DNA from: Octopus vulgaris | Taxonomy: Eukaryota | Direction: 5' to 3' | DNA: 64,000 bases | Assembly: GCA_951406725.2 (NCBI GenBank) | Contig: OX597821.1 | Location: 2,914,001-2,978,000 of the forward strand | Shown here: in pieces, positions 13,293-28,050 of the stretch | How positions within the stretch are numbered: the stretch's first letter is position 1 | Layout of the letters: each line of letters opens with the position of its first letter | Notes under the pieces: generated by a model | The model's database searches: none | The model's input: the letters and a program-made list of their open reading frames with translations, nothing else | Told to the model about the DNA's origin: nothing | Position numbers and translations under genes: made by a program

Positions 13293-15520
13293 CATTGTAT
13301 ATTATTTATAGTTTTAAACTATAATTCTAGCATTGAGATAACCTTATATGTATATCATTTTATAATTAAAAAAAATATATATATATTTAATATTCTATAT
13401 TCCTATAATCTCAAGATTTCTATATTTAACCCATTCCTAAATGTGTCATTCATTAGCTAAAATTTTGACTATCTAATCGACCTATTTGATTTTAATCGAT
13501 TTACTGCATTCTAAACAATTTTGCGCTAAATTTGGCCAATATAAATGTTAAGTTTACATCTTTTTTACTTATTCATCGGGTCTTTAGTTCAGTTTTTCTT
13601 CTTGAAGTTCTGAGCTTTCAGCTAGAAGATTCTTGGCGAATAATTATTTGTTATCTACATATTTCATTATTGTAAATACATTTATTCATAAATCTATAAA
13701 TTTATGATTTTATACATTGAAATGTAACATGTATAGCAATATATAGAATCTGCATTTATTTTAGGGTGCACAATTAACTAACTATTTATTATTTTTTTTT
13801 AGAAAGCAGACACTCTTCTGTAACCCAATTCTCTTTTTCTTTGCTCTGTATTTTCTGTTTATTTTCCTCTCTGTCCTTTTAATCATTCCTACTTTATCTT
13901 TTTCTCTACTTCATTTATCCTATTATCTTTTTTTTACGTTATATTCCTATCGGTTTTTCCTCTGTCGACTATTATCATTAATTAAATGAATGAAAGATTA
14001 ATGCCTATTGTAAAATGATGTACTAAAATAAATAGTTTGTTTAGGGCATTGTCAGCGACAGGCCATGACCGCTTGTTTTAATTCTAACTGCTATATTTGG
14101 ATAGAGTCTACTTCTACTAGCATCTGTGGGTGAGGTTGGTAAATTAAATGCCTTCTTATAGATGTTTGTATTTACGATAGTTTCCGTCTATTTACTCATT
14201 TTAAATGACAGCTTGGAGACACACCCACCTTGAATTTCTTCAGTCTTTGTATTCTGATTAGAAATTTCACTTGTTGAAATTCTGATGATTAATCAAGTAG
14301 TCGTTGCTCTAGTGTTGACACGATTGCTCGAAGGGTAGGAAGTTATGTAATGCATCACGCAATGTAACTAATTTCATTATACTCACGTCAAAATAAAAAG
14401 CCCTAGTGAAACAATTGTAGCAGTAGATAATTCTTCTGTTTTCATTATATATCTATCTATATATTTGCTTGTATATAAGTATATCAATATGCGTATGTGT
14501 GTGTTTACGTGTCTGTGAGTAAGTATCTAGGTAAATACATGCTAACAAATATTCACACATATATATATGTATGCAGGAACGACAGTATTCTTACGCATAC
14601 AATCCATACACAACACACAACTGCACACTCTCACAAACTTAGTGTGTTTGTGTGTATGCGAATTGTAAGAATATCTGTTTCAATTTCTTTGATGTTTGTT
14701 TATTCGCAGAAGAGAGGAATACCATTTAATTGCTTAATTTTAGTTTTCTCTCAAGGAATGACACTTGTGGAGATATAGGATTAACGCTTTCTAAGTAGAG
14801 ATCTGATCTGCCATTGTTATAAAGATTTAAATAGTGTCATAATATTCAGATAAGAGAATACAATCAGTAGATTCTTAAACGAAAATACGTGTTATTTAAA
14901 CCAACTAACTGTATGATAATTTTATCGTTATAGTCTTATATGAAATTAATGGTAGTCTGACAGAAATCGATAAGAATCTTGTTACTCATCGGTATCTATT
15001 GGATACAGTATGTCTCTCTATTTATATATGTGTGTTTGTGGAAGTGCCATTACAATAAGATTACTATTTGAAGATTTCATTTTTGTGTAGTTTATCTGGA
15101 ACAACTTGTCTGGTCGTTTACATATTTCTCGAAATGAATGTCTTGAGATGATCTGAATTAAACCGAGCAAGCTTATTCAATATTTGTCTTTTATTAGGCA
15201 TGGTTGTGTGTGTGTGTTTGTGTGTCTATGTGTGTGTATTTGTGTGCGTGTGTGTGTGTGTGCATATCTTGTAATAATAGTTAATCACAGAATAATATCG
15301 ATTTATAGTATGACTAAGTGAAAAACCGGAGGTCTTTCAGATATCATCTTCAGAAAGTAAAGAAAATAATTATATCAAATGCATGGCAGAAAGTATCTAC
15401 ATATTGACATCAGCATATTTGTTAATCAGATGAAGAAAGGGAATGTGGGGTAAGTACCTATGTTCTTTGCTGCCGATAGCATAGTGATACAACTAGTAAA
15501 GTCAGTTCTGAGATGCTGTA

Positions 15521-15949
15521 AGGCGACGAACTGACAGAATCGTTTGCACGCCGGGCGAAATGCTTAAAGGTATTTCGTCTGCCGTTACGTTCTGAGTTCG
15601 TATTCTACCGAGGTTGACTTTGTCTTTCCTCCTTTCGGGGTCGATAAATTAAGTACCAGTTACGCACTGGGGTCGATGTAATCGACTTAATACCTTTGTC
15701 TGTCCTTGTTTGTTCCCTCTATGTTTAGCCCCTTGTGGGAAATAAAGAAATAAGAAACGTCAGCACGGTGGGCAAAATGATTAGCGGTATTGCGTCTGTC
15801 TTTATGTTCTGAGTTCAAATTCCATCGACTTTGCCCTTCATCCTTTTCGGGCCGACACAGTAAGTACCAGTTGAGTACTGAGGTCGATCTAATCGACTGG
15901 CCCCTCCGCAAAGAATTTCGGGTCTTGTGCCTAGAGTAGAAAACAATAT
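15521..15949 (+). mobile_element. Two head-to-tail SINE copies (Meta-domain-like family)
   Basis: 15521-15756 has core cctttcggggtcgataaattaagtaccagt. A second, truncated copy starts in its tail (about 15754) and repeats the gttctgagttcaaattcc..agtaccagttg motifs. Confidence 0.8.
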
Positions 15950-18897
15950 TGAGATGCAGTATCTTTTTGTGCGATGCGTTATTTACAAAAGCGTTGACAG
16001 GAGTTTCATAATGGAAATAGAATTATTGAATTACCCATTAATGGAGGGAACTCAGATGTAGCTTAAACGATAGTTTTTCTGCCCAACATCGTGAATGATT
16101 TCTCATATTAAATTATTTTATAATCTTTTGAGAATTTTCCAGAGGAAATATTTCTTTCTACATAGCATTTACTAATCTTCTTAATCTGGCCAAGTAAATT
16201 TTTTGTAGAGAAATATCTTAAATATCTTAATATATAAAAATCTGAAGTTCACAATCTCTAGCAAAGAAAATAAACGCAAAGAGAAACAAAAACGAACATG
16301 ATAGAAGAAAGAAGTAGGGGAGAGATTCGAAGGCGTTTGGAGTGATGAACAGTTAACTGGGATGCGGCTATAAACATAGATGTGTTGGAGCAAACAAAAC
16401 GTGTTTCTGCATATGTTGGTAAGGTGGATGTTTTTCAGTTTCATTAAGAAATGTAAGATTAACGTAAAGTAGACTATATTGCACTACATATATTTGGTAC
16501 CCTACATGATACATGTACGTATCACGTGCATTACATGTTAACGTGAGTAACCGAATCGAGCTGAAAATAAGCTTCCAATATATTTCACCGTTTTGTTTAT
16601 AATAAGCAAATGAATTTGGTTAATAAATTTATACGGAAGTAATCGAAGTGGAGTCGAAATCATCCCACGTCTTGTTAGAAATATCAGCTAGATGTGCATC
16701 ATTGCAAATACTGCCAACTAATAACGGAGGGATGGAGTGAATTATGTAGTTTTGGATATTCAATGTCTGAATGATAAAAATTTGAATTGGACACAGTCGG
16801 AATTTAAGTGATCGTAAGTGTGTGTGTGTGCACCATTAGTGAGAATGTACTTTGGCTCCATAACAAAAGTAACGGAGAAAAAATAATAAACGAAAGAATA
16901 CATGAAACAACGAACATGCAACTGCCTTCGATTTCAAGGAATTATATCGCTGAAACACCTTAATTTTATTTTATGAAACTTTGGAAGATTATAGATTTCA
17001 TAGCTCAGAAACATTTTGAGATTCGATTTCTCTTTGAAGCCCCCGGCATAATATTTTTTTATTGATTTAAACTCAACATTCACACTCGACAATTAGGATG
17101 GTGTTGGAACAGGGCAGCATATATTAGTATGTAATAAATAATTCAAATGCTAACTTACAATGCAAATAAAATTCTAATAAGCGGAGTGGGGAAAGTAAAA
17201 TATATAGCAAAGGTATATAATTTTCACAGGCATGTCAAAACGAACACAACTAACGATGTTGAATTAGAGAGGAGAAAACGTAAAAACGAAAAAATAGAGA
17301 GAAACATAAAAAAAAATAGACGACAAGTAGACAGCAAAGAAGACACCTTTTTTTTCTAAAATATAGGTTTATTTGGCAGGATCTGCACCAAAAACAATCA
17401 ATCGTATACTTATTTGAATACGAAAGTTGATTTTATGTCAGTGTTACTTTAGGATGAATAACAATTTCCCTGTTGTCTATTGCTTCCTTAAGAATATTCA
17501 ATAACTTGGCTCCTTAAAATTCAATTTACAAGCATGAAGTATGGCAAAATCGGACGTAAGTATGCAGAGAAAAAGAAACAGAAAAAAATGTTACATTTGG
17601 AACAATTATGTTAAACACTGCATAGTATAGATCTGAATGTAATATGTTCTTTTTTTCTTTTCAATTCCAGACGAATAATTTGCCAAGGATAGACGCATAA
17701 GGACTCACGAATACTTACATTTCTCGGGATGTAAGAGAAATGTGATATACATATATGCATACATTTATAAATATATATTTATATACGTATAAATGAACAC
17801 ACACACACACACACACACATGGAGCTGGATGGATAGATAGCTACACTCTGAAAAATAGGCGAAATTCTTAAACTTGGTGCAGACTTCCCTGATGTTTATG
17901 ACACACCATCTCCGCTTTCGCAATGATTTCATAAGTAGCTGTTTCGGATTCGAAACCATAAAGAGTTTTATTGTATTGGGTGAATAACACGGTTAGCAAC
18001 CTATATAGGGCGTTACCTTTTCAATGACCAACGATGCTAATGTCGAACGACAGAATTGCAAGAACCGACAACTTATCGGTTAAATTACCTAAGATAGAGC
18101 TATAGGCTACGAACTACTGCTGAAAAAATATATATAATTACTATACACAGTAGTTTGCAATGCTTCACCAAAAGGCAGAATTATGATTGGTACCCTATGT
18201 GACTAGAGTGTTGGAAACACCTGAAATGCTATAAATAAGTGCTAAAATGCGCTAATGGAGTAGTCTAACCACATAAATATAAACGTATACACTAACAAAC
18301 ACCTTAATCGTCAGAAAAAGTTACTTATGCACATTAACAAATAGCTAGGTCATCAATACTTCCTTAAATAGTATTGTATGCCTTCCCTGTGTATTGACTA
18401 TGGTAGAAAAAAATCATATGATCCAACATTAACACCACTACGGGTTCAGGGTCACTATTGTGTTTAAAACGAACACACATTTCACACTTCCGCAATAAGA
18501 GTGGCTATAGAATACAGTCTAATATTAGGGCATATAACCTCTGTAACTGTGCCCTAATAGCTTTTTCAAATGTTAGAACATTTTTATTAGGAACCATTGA
18601 AGCGTCGAGTGATTGGATTTATATATATATTTAGAAAGACAATCTGGAACGCAGGCGAATAGCCGTTAGAACACCATTGAGATTTTCAGAATGATCATAC
18701 ATTTTGAAAAGGTATTACATAAGAGTTATAAAAGACGTTGCCTGTTGTCATGGTTCGATTAACTGAATGACACAGAGCGTTCAGCCGAAATGTTAATGGC
18801 ATTTTATTCGATTTTCCGTAGGAGCTATAGGTCGCGATCCGGCTTTTAAATTTGTTTCAACAGCTAATTGTCAGCGTTTGAGAAACTATTCTCTCTC

Positions 18898-18970
<73 letters not shown>

Positions 18971-19689
18971 ATTTTAAGCGTGATGTTAGAAGGAGTTTAA
19001 ATCAAACTCCTTTGATCCCCAAATATGCCCTTCTTTCGATTGTCTACTCACACGTATATATTACATGCATACGTACTACCCACAATCATATACTGAACGG
19101 TAACAAAAAGTAGTTTTATTTCACTCCTAGTCATAAGATATTAAATTCAAACGAATATAGATCCGTATATACAGGATATACATATATACATAAATAGACA
19201 GAGAGAGACAGGCTGACCAGCAGACGTATATATTTACCTAGAATATAAAGAGAGAAATCACTAACAGTCTAATCTAGGCTGTTCAGGAGCAAAACTGAAT
19301 TTATCAAACATATTGCCCACTGTGAGAGAATATCATCCAGATATTATCTTCCCGTAAGGCATGAAGTGGCCAGAACAGCCTGAAAAAATATACCAGAAAC
19401 AAAAAGTACAGTGGGTGGTGAACATACTGACACCGAGGTGTCATAAGAATATTGGTGGAAGTGAAAAATTTACCAAATCAAGGACACAACTGGGTAGATA
19501 ATTTTGTGAGGGACCATTTGGTAAAGAGGTGTTCTGTTGTGGGAATCAGCTGTCATCTGGGCACGGATATGGTAAGAAAATTATATGGGAATGATGACAA
19601 ATATGGACCATTCATATGAAGTTCGCAAATCAAGTGCCCAAATACGTTTTCAGATAATATCAGACAAAGGTAATTAAAATTGTTTAAAA

Positions 19690-20712
19690 TAACAGATCTA
19701 TCGGACTTTCAAAACAGGTTAAATTGTTGGTGCTCGTATGACAAGAGTTAACGTAACTAAAACAGCCAAAATGTTCGGTGTGTCAAGAAAGTAATGACAG
19801 CCTTTGAGAAAGAGGATAAAAGCACCTCATCGAAATAAGACTCTGTAAGAAAACAAAAACTTTCAGATACGGACCGTCGGACTCTTACGGGAATAGTTAG
19901 AAAGGATCACAATAGTCCAGATCCCAGAATTACTGCAGAGCCTAATGACCACCTCGAGAACCCAGTTTCCACAAAAACTGTTCGTCGGGCGCTGCACAAA
20001 GCGGGATTCACGGAAGGGCTGCAATCAGAAAAAACAAAAAACCTACATTCAAAAACAAACGTTGCAAAGCGTTTTGAGTGGAGTAAAAACCTACAGAATT
20101 GGACCCTAGAGAAGTGGAAGAATGTTATTTTCTCGGACGAGTCATCATTTACCTTATTTCCGACAACAGACCGAGTAATCGTTTGGAGACAGCAAAAGGA
20201 AGTATTTGACCTAGACTGCATTCTTCAACTGTTAATCATTAAAGAGGATCTATGATGATCTGGGAGGCTATATCTATGGAATCCGCCAGCCCAATTGTTT
20301 CCCTAGAGGGCAGAATTAATAGTCAAGAGTTTTTAAGTATTTTACCTCATCAAATCCATCCTACGTTTGCGGAACTGTTTTCGGAGGGAGGCGCAATCTT
20401 TCAGGATGATAATGCACCAATTCACACAGCTATATTTGTTTCTGAATGGCACGTGGAAAATTCTAGTGAAGTTGAACATCTTATATGGTCACCACAGTTC
20501 CCAGATCTCAGTATTATTGAACATTTATGGTGCATTTTAGAACAAACAAGTAAGGAATCGATATTCCCCAACGTAAACGTTACAAGAACTGAAGACTGTT
20601 TTAGCTGAAGAATGGAAATAAATTCCTTTGGAAACAATGAAAACTTTGTACAAGTCCATATCTCGTAGAATTCGAGTTATAATTAGTGCAAGGGCGTTCC
20701 TACCACATATTA
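19690..20712 (+). pseudogene. Tc1 (DD34E) transposase pseudogene
   Basis: Remnant frames: IVGARMTRVNVTKTAKMFGVSR, WKNVIFSDESSF, GSMMIWEAIS, FQDDNAPIHTA, WSPQFPDLSIIEHLW; multiple stops and frameshifts. Confidence 0.9.
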
Positions 20713-20852
20713 AAATAAATTTGTTTGAAATTTTAAGGTGTTACCTGGGGTCCATTTGTGCGGCTAAATGCAGTGCTCCAGCATAGCCACAGACTAATTA
20801 TATATATATATATATATATAAAACATAATATGTTACAATTACTCAATAGTCA

Positions 20853-20915
20853 AGATAAAACTCAGAGTTTCAGATGCCGAAGTGGAAATCCACAACACCA
20901 TCTGTTCGGTTATCT
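20853..20915 (-). ncRNA. Degenerate type-I hammerhead-like motif in a PLE-like 3' end
   Basis: Reverse complement agataa-CCGAAC-AGATG..CATCT-GAAA-CTCTGAG-TT-ttatct: 6-bp stem I and paired stem II, but a damaged core. Confidence 0.45.
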
Positions 20916-21492
20916 GGCCATCTGAAAAAACGCTATGAAAAAATACCGTTATATAAAGGGAAATTACTGTGTTACAATTATATAATATATTTTATATTTT
21001 TTCACACATAATAATTTTTTCTCTACTTTTCTATCCTGCATTTTTTCCTGTGCCTATATAGACGTGTATATAGATTCATTTCTACACGTGTGTGAATATG
21101 TATGAGTGGGCAGCTTTTGATGTGTGCGTGTGAGCGGGTATAAGAATGCATATATATATATAGACGTTTTTACTTAGTATTTTTCCATTTTTAGGGGTTT
21201 TTTTGGGGGTTGGGGGCATATGTATATTCATTTTTCGTATATGCGTGTGTGTGTATGCGTATATAAACATGTGCGGGTATGTACATATATGGGCGTGTGT
21301 GTATGAGTGCATAAAGGCCATGTCCGTATATGAACGTGGTTTTTATGCTTTGTATACTTCCTTATGTTTTTTCTGTTACATTTAACCATGGTTTTTCTTG
21401 TGCTTGTGCGTATATCGACGTATGTATGAAATATTACGGTACGCATGTGTGTGTGTGTGAGTTTGTATATGTATGCGTGTATATATGCGTAT

Positions 21493-21902
21493 GGAGGGTG
21501 TTGTCGCAAACTTCGGCAATTAAAGTTACCCCAACCGCAGAACGGGCGCCACTGCATGGTGCCAAAGATTCCAACATCACCATCAAAATACAGGTCCAGA
21601 TACTGCAACAGCTTGGGTTTGAGAGGACCTCAGCTCTTTAACATACTCCCTAAATGCCTGAGAGAATTGGATGGTGTGGATGTGGGTTTCTTTAAAACTA
21701 AACTAGATCTCTACTTGTCGGGGGTCCCAGAGGAACCTACCTCACGACAGAAGACACAGATGCGGGCGGCGGCATCAAACTCCCTTGTTGACCAAGTGCC
21801 ATGTTTCAGAGGTAGATTCACATATCTGTGTAGCTCATTCAGCGGTGGTGCCCCTGCATGGCCGCGGCCTTCGGGCAAAAACATTTTTGAGGATTTAAGG
21901 AT
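21493..21902 (+). mobile_element. CR1-group LINE, 5'-truncated 3' end (family A)
   Basis: ORF2 C-terminus [47 protein letters not shown], a 3' stem-loop and an aggattta-type tail; homologous to 63429-64000. Confidence 0.9.
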
Positions 21903-22196
<294 letters not shown>

Positions 22197-22197
<1 letters not shown>

Positions 22198-24864
22198 TGC
22201 GCTTTAAAGAATGCCTCAACAGCATTAAGTGCTTTATTCAACAGTGCCATTCTAGCAACCTACTCATGATGGGAGACTTCAATCTACCCTGTGTTGACTG
22301 GACTACAAACTGTTTGAAACCAAGCACTCCCGCCTCAACCGCTGACAAAGAAGCAGTAGAGTCAGTTTTCGACTTTATGAATGAGTTTTTCTTGTCCCAA
22401 CTTGTCCTTGCACCAACAAGACATCAGAAGAACATTTTGGACCTAGTGTTTAGTAACCACACTAACACTATACATAACATTACAGTAGAAAAAACCCTTC
22501 TTTCAGACCATGACATGGTTCTCTGTAACATGAAATTCCACCAGTGATCTCCCTCCAGCCCACCCATTTGATAACATGGATCTCCATAATGCCAACTGGG
22601 ATGCAATCAGGAACGTGCTATCACATGTTGACTGGTCCTTTACACATACACACATATCCACCAGCAATAAAACATCTTGGGAGATCTTTGTAGACACCGT
22701 CACAAACATATATGCAAAACACTCCCCACCAAGACCTGTGAACAAAAAGTGCAGTATCCCCCAAAACAGAAAAACTATTATCAGAAAAATAAAAAGAACA
22801 AACAAAAAAATTAACAAACTAAAATACTGCCAACCGCAACACACACATTCGACGGCTATCGCACTGCTTGAATCCAAAAAATATAACCTCCAACAATGCA
22901 TGAAGACCCTCGTCAATAACCAAAGATCAGTTGAGGAGAAGTGGCCCATTGAAAAAATCAAACTCAACCCCAAAGTGTTCTTTTCATTTGTGAGGAAACA
23001 CATGGCCACTGTCTCCACTGTTGGCCCTCTAATTGATGAAAATGGCACTCTCCAAGATAATGCCAAATCCATGGCCGAGATACTGCAGAAACAATACTGC
23101 TCTGTTTTCAGCAATCCTGATATGACCGATCTGGGCTGTATCAGTGATGTCAACCCCCAACACACTATATCGGACATAACGTTTGGTGTCCCTGATGTCT
23201 TAGCGGCGATAAACGAAATAAAACACAATTCAGCAGTGGGCCCCGATAGGTTCCCTGCTTGTGTCCTTCAGGTGTGTCGACACCAACTTGTATCTCCCCT
23301 TGCTAATCTGTGGAGAAACTCACTGGATGCTGGCTATATTCCTAAAAACTTTCTGTCTCAGTCTGTTGTCCCAGTTTTCAAAACGGGATACAAGTCCCTT
23401 GCAGTGACTACCGTCCGATCTCACTCACCCCTCATATCATGAAGGTATTTGAGAGGATGGTGAGATCTCGAATAACCCAATTTCTGGAAAGCAACAGACG
23501 GCTGATCTCTAACCAACATGGGTTCCGTAATGGAAGGGACTGCCTAACGCAGCTCCTACATCACTTTGATGACATTTTGAGAGCTTTGGGAGAGGGCTCC
23601 AACACCGATGTCATCTACCTTGATTTTAGCAAGGCCTTCGACAGGGTTGATCACAAGATCCTATTGAAAAAAACTATCCAACATTGGTGTCTCTGGAAAG
23701 TTACTGAAATGGATCAAGCGTTTCCTGACAGACAGATTTCAACATGTTGTAGTTGAAGGGGTAAAATCAAGCCCGGCTAAAGTCAGTAGTGGCGTTCTGC
23801 AAGGCACTGTGCTGGGCCCACTTCTTTTCATCATCTACATTAATGACATTAATGACATCATCAAGCACAGCAACATAAAAATCTTTGCAGATGATTCCAA
23901 GCACCAGAAGGTCATAAATGAAGAGAGTGACCGGACATGCCTTCAGTCAGATCTACTGGCTGTTATCTAATGGGCAGAAAAGAACAATATGCTGCTGAAC
24001 GAGGATACATTCGAGTTAATCCACTTTGGAAAAGAGGATGCCCTGAAACTCCCATACTCCCTTCCTTCAGGTGAAACTCTCGTGGCATCCAACAACATCA
24101 GAGACTTGGGAGTAATTGTGGACAACAACATAAGCTGGGCCACTCATATAAACACCAAAGTTGACATGGCCCGCAGAATGTGTTCCTGGATTCTCAGAAC
24201 TTTCCAGTCGACAGATATCCACACCATTATCCTTCTCTTCTCCACTTTTGCCCGACCCCACCTTGAATACTGTTGTCCACTGTGGTCTCCCCACACAAAA
24301 CAACGTATCATAAAAGTTGAAGCACCTCAAAGGGCAATCACAAAAAAGATAGATGGCATGACAGGCCTCGACTATTGGGGTCGACTACAAAAGCTAAAAC
24401 TTTATTCTCTCCAACGTCGCCGTGAGCGCTACATCATCTGCATGATGTGGAAAATATTCCATCAGCATTGCCCAAATGATGTTGGCATCACCTTTAAGGT
24501 ACATCCAAGGCTTGGGCCCCGTGCCATCCGCCAACAACAAAAATCGCAGTCTCATCTCATAACAACAATACGGCACAATTATTTCATTTCAATTGGCCCC
24601 GCTCTCTTTAACATTACACCAAAACACATTAAAACAGAAACAGACCCTATAGGGTTCAAGAAGTCTTAGGACAGATTCCTTCAAGAAATCTCGGATAAAC
24701 CCCCTACACCCGGATATGTCTCTGTAAACAATAACTCTCTACTTGAGTGGGCCATAGTGCCCAAATTCTGACTTGAAAAACATCACCAGGTGGTGCTATT
24801 AAGTTAGACATGCCCTGGGCCAATAATGGCCGAAACCTATCAAAGTATCAAAGTATCAAAGTAT
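22197..24864 (+). mobile_element. CR1-group LINE (family B), 5'-truncated, APE endonuclease end plus RT, disrupted
   Basis: MGDFNLP, NILDLVF, LSDHDMV (endonuclease); [57 protein letters not shown] (RT and C-terminus); octamer tail (tatcaaag)n; several stops and frameshifts. Confidence 0.95.
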
Positions 24865-25945
24865 ACACATATATATATACATACATACATATATATATAT
24901 ACGTATATATATATGTACATATATATACATATATATATATACATATTTATATATATATATATATACATATATATATACACACACACGCACACACACAAAC
25001 ACACTCAACATGCGCACACGCACGCATATATATGTATAGACGCATATTTAAAAGAAGGACCACATTCACCTTCCGTCTACGAAATCCATTCACAAGTCTA
25101 CACACCTATACGTTTGTGTATATATTTCTGTATATATATATATATATATATAAGATAAAATATATGTCATTAAAATATGCTTCTGAACGGTACACATTAC
25201 TTGTATGAACATAATTTTTAACTTTTCCAATAATTTGATATAACATGTTTAAAACGCATTTATGAAATAATATTTAGGAACTAAAATATTAATTGTAAAA
25301 TTATGAAATACAGAGAAAAAAATGAAAAGGTATGAAATATCGTCATATAACAAAGAATTCAATTATAACTGATGTAAAATGCATTTTGCATTCATATAAT
25401 TAAATAAGTATTCAATAAATTATTAAAATTAATAAATTTATTAACAGAAGTTTTGAAAATGCAAATATGTTATTGTGCAAATAATAGAAAAATTAATTAA
25501 AACATCTTCCAAATAATGAATTGAAGAAAGGCAGTGATGCAAATAAATTTATTCCATACATTTACTACTTTATACATGCTGCATATGTATTTATTTATGT
25601 ATGACCGCAAGTATGTATGCATGTATGAGAATATGTTTGGTTTATATGTATGACTGGCTGGCTGGAATCATGTATGTATGCATGTATGTATATACACATG
25701 GATGAATGGATGAACGTATGTATGGAAATGTTTTCTATGTAGTGTATGAATCTCCCCTCTCTCTCACTCTATCTGTGTCTCTGCCTATCTCTCTATCTCT
25801 CTATCTGTTAATCCATCTATCTGTCTGTCCGTCTGTCTGTCTGACTGCTTACACACTTAGCCTCTCCCTCACACACACACATAACGAATCTTCAGACAGG
25901 TGACTAAGAGGCTATTAACTATGCAACATTATTTCTGTAACTAAT

Positions 25946-27224
25946 ATAGGGAGGAGCAGAGAAAACGGACAATTTTGAAATGTCTATTTTTGAGCCCCAG
26001 GGGCAGGGCAGGTCCGAAGTGTCTAACAATTCTTTTTTTTCTTTTCAGATAAAGCCATGGCGCTGTGGACGATAGAGCATCGCGGTTTGCCTACGACAAT
26101 TACATGAAGAATAATGAGTCTGTCACAGCAGTTCAGGGTGAGCTTCGGCTCCACTTCAGTAATCACCAAAATTAGTGTGTGCTCACCCGTAATAAAACCT
26201 TACATTGGGTGAATGCACTTTGTACACGAGGTACACTAGGAGACTGGTGGTGGAGCCACTAAGGGAACGAACCTCAGAAAATGTGGAATGCGTCAGACAA
26301 GCTTTGATACGGATTCTGAATAGCTCTGCTCGGAGGAATTCCACTTAACTTGACATTGATCGGTAAGGTGTATTTCGCTTGAAGACCTGCTTTTCCAACC
26401 GTACAAATTGGTCACTGGGCAACAGTTGAAACCATAGGACTATGGAGAGCGGCTTAACTTCGCACGTCAGTTGGGAGCAATTTTGAGGGAAATGAGAGAC
26501 TCATCTCAATGGCATGGTCAATGAACTGAACTATCGTTACTAGGCTCTTGAAAATATCCGAAAGAACTGCTCCAAAGACCATTGCACAGCCCAAAAGTGA
26601 CGGTCTGGTGTGCTGTTGGAAAAATCGCTATCATTGGTCCTTACTTTTTTTAAAGACAACAACGGAAATGCTGTTACTGGGAACTCCGAGTGTTACATCG
26701 AGATGATAATCAGTTTATTTGTTCCACAATTTGGACAAAAACGTAGGCATATTCGACGTGTGTGGTCTCAGTAGGATGGGGCGAGTACGCAGACTGCAAG
26801 AGAATCAATGGACGTTCGTCACTCACTATTCGGTGACTGCCTCATCTCCAGATTTCAGACATTCCCTGGCTCCCTCCGTCCCTTGATTTGTCCATGTGTG
26901 ATTATTTCTTGTGGGGTAACTTCAAGGCACGTGTGTATGCGCATAAGCCCCATAAATTGGACGATTGAAGGAAGCTATTCACGTGGACACCGTCCAAGTC
27001 GACAGAGCAATGTTGGAGAGAGTGCAAGCCAACTTCCAAGAACGACTTCAGAAATGCATCAATGGAAACGGATACCACTTGATGGATGTTATTTTAAACA
27101 CACAATTTCGACTAATGTTAATTCAAAACGAACACATTGATGGCAATGTCATTTGTTTGCAGCTAAAATTAATGATTTTTGTGTATTTTTCAAACAGGTC
27201 CGTCCTCTCTGCCACACACTGTAT
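25946..27224 (+). mobile_element. Tc1/mariner-superfamily element of DD41D (rosa-like) type, near full length but decayed
   Basis: ATG at 26057 (MALWTIEHR); LHSPKVTVWCAV..IIGPYFF; Q*DGAST..PWLPPSLDLSMCDYFLWG with about 41 residues between D2 and D3 (counted across a frameshift); imperfect TIRs gcagagaaaacggac and gtccgtcctctctgc. Confidence 0.85.
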
Positions 27225-27804
27225 AATTCTATTAATTTCCACAAGAACAGTGGTAATGATGGACTTTGCCATCTGCCGCATTGTAAATAAGTAAGAAATA
27301 AAATATGACACATTACAATAATTAGAAATAGGACAAAAAAGAAAACTGGATAATTCTCATAAACTGTGATGCTGTGTCGATTTATATTTAAAATTTCTTT
27401 TATTGCTAATAACTTTCAGAAATATTACATTATGAAATCTATTGCATTTTGGAAATGATTGTAGGCGCAGTGTAGTATTAGGCTTTCTGCGCTCAGACAT
27501 AACTTGGAAACCATTATCAGCAGAATCGGATTATGTCGGTCAAAGGCAACGTGCTTTGAATGTCTATTAAGAATATTGAATATCTATGCCAATACTTGAT
27601 TGGCTACGTAAGTATTGAGGAATTACGTTCGCAGTTTCCAAGCTTTAGATGTAAAACTAGTGGCTCCTTGTTATTCACATGCATACACATGTATGCATGA
27701 GATTATGCATGTTTGTATATATGCACATAACACACACACACACACACACACATACACACACACATATATATATATACATACGTACATATATATATATATG
27801 TATG

Positions 27805-27838
<34 letters not shown>

Positions 27839-27954
27839 TGAGGGAAGATTATTCGAAACTTACAGGGAAAAATTCAATTTAGAAATACTAAATCAAATTT
27901 CACAAAATATAATATATATATATTCACACACACACACGCACACACACGCACACA

Positions 27955-27985
<31 letters not shown>

Positions 27986-27986
27986 G

Positions 27987-28048
<62 letters not shown>

Positions 28049-28050
28049 TG

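Noticed and set aside
18200-18720. Possible old Tc1 end on the minus strand
   Set aside because: Only faint similarity, with no clear catalytic motif or paired TIR.
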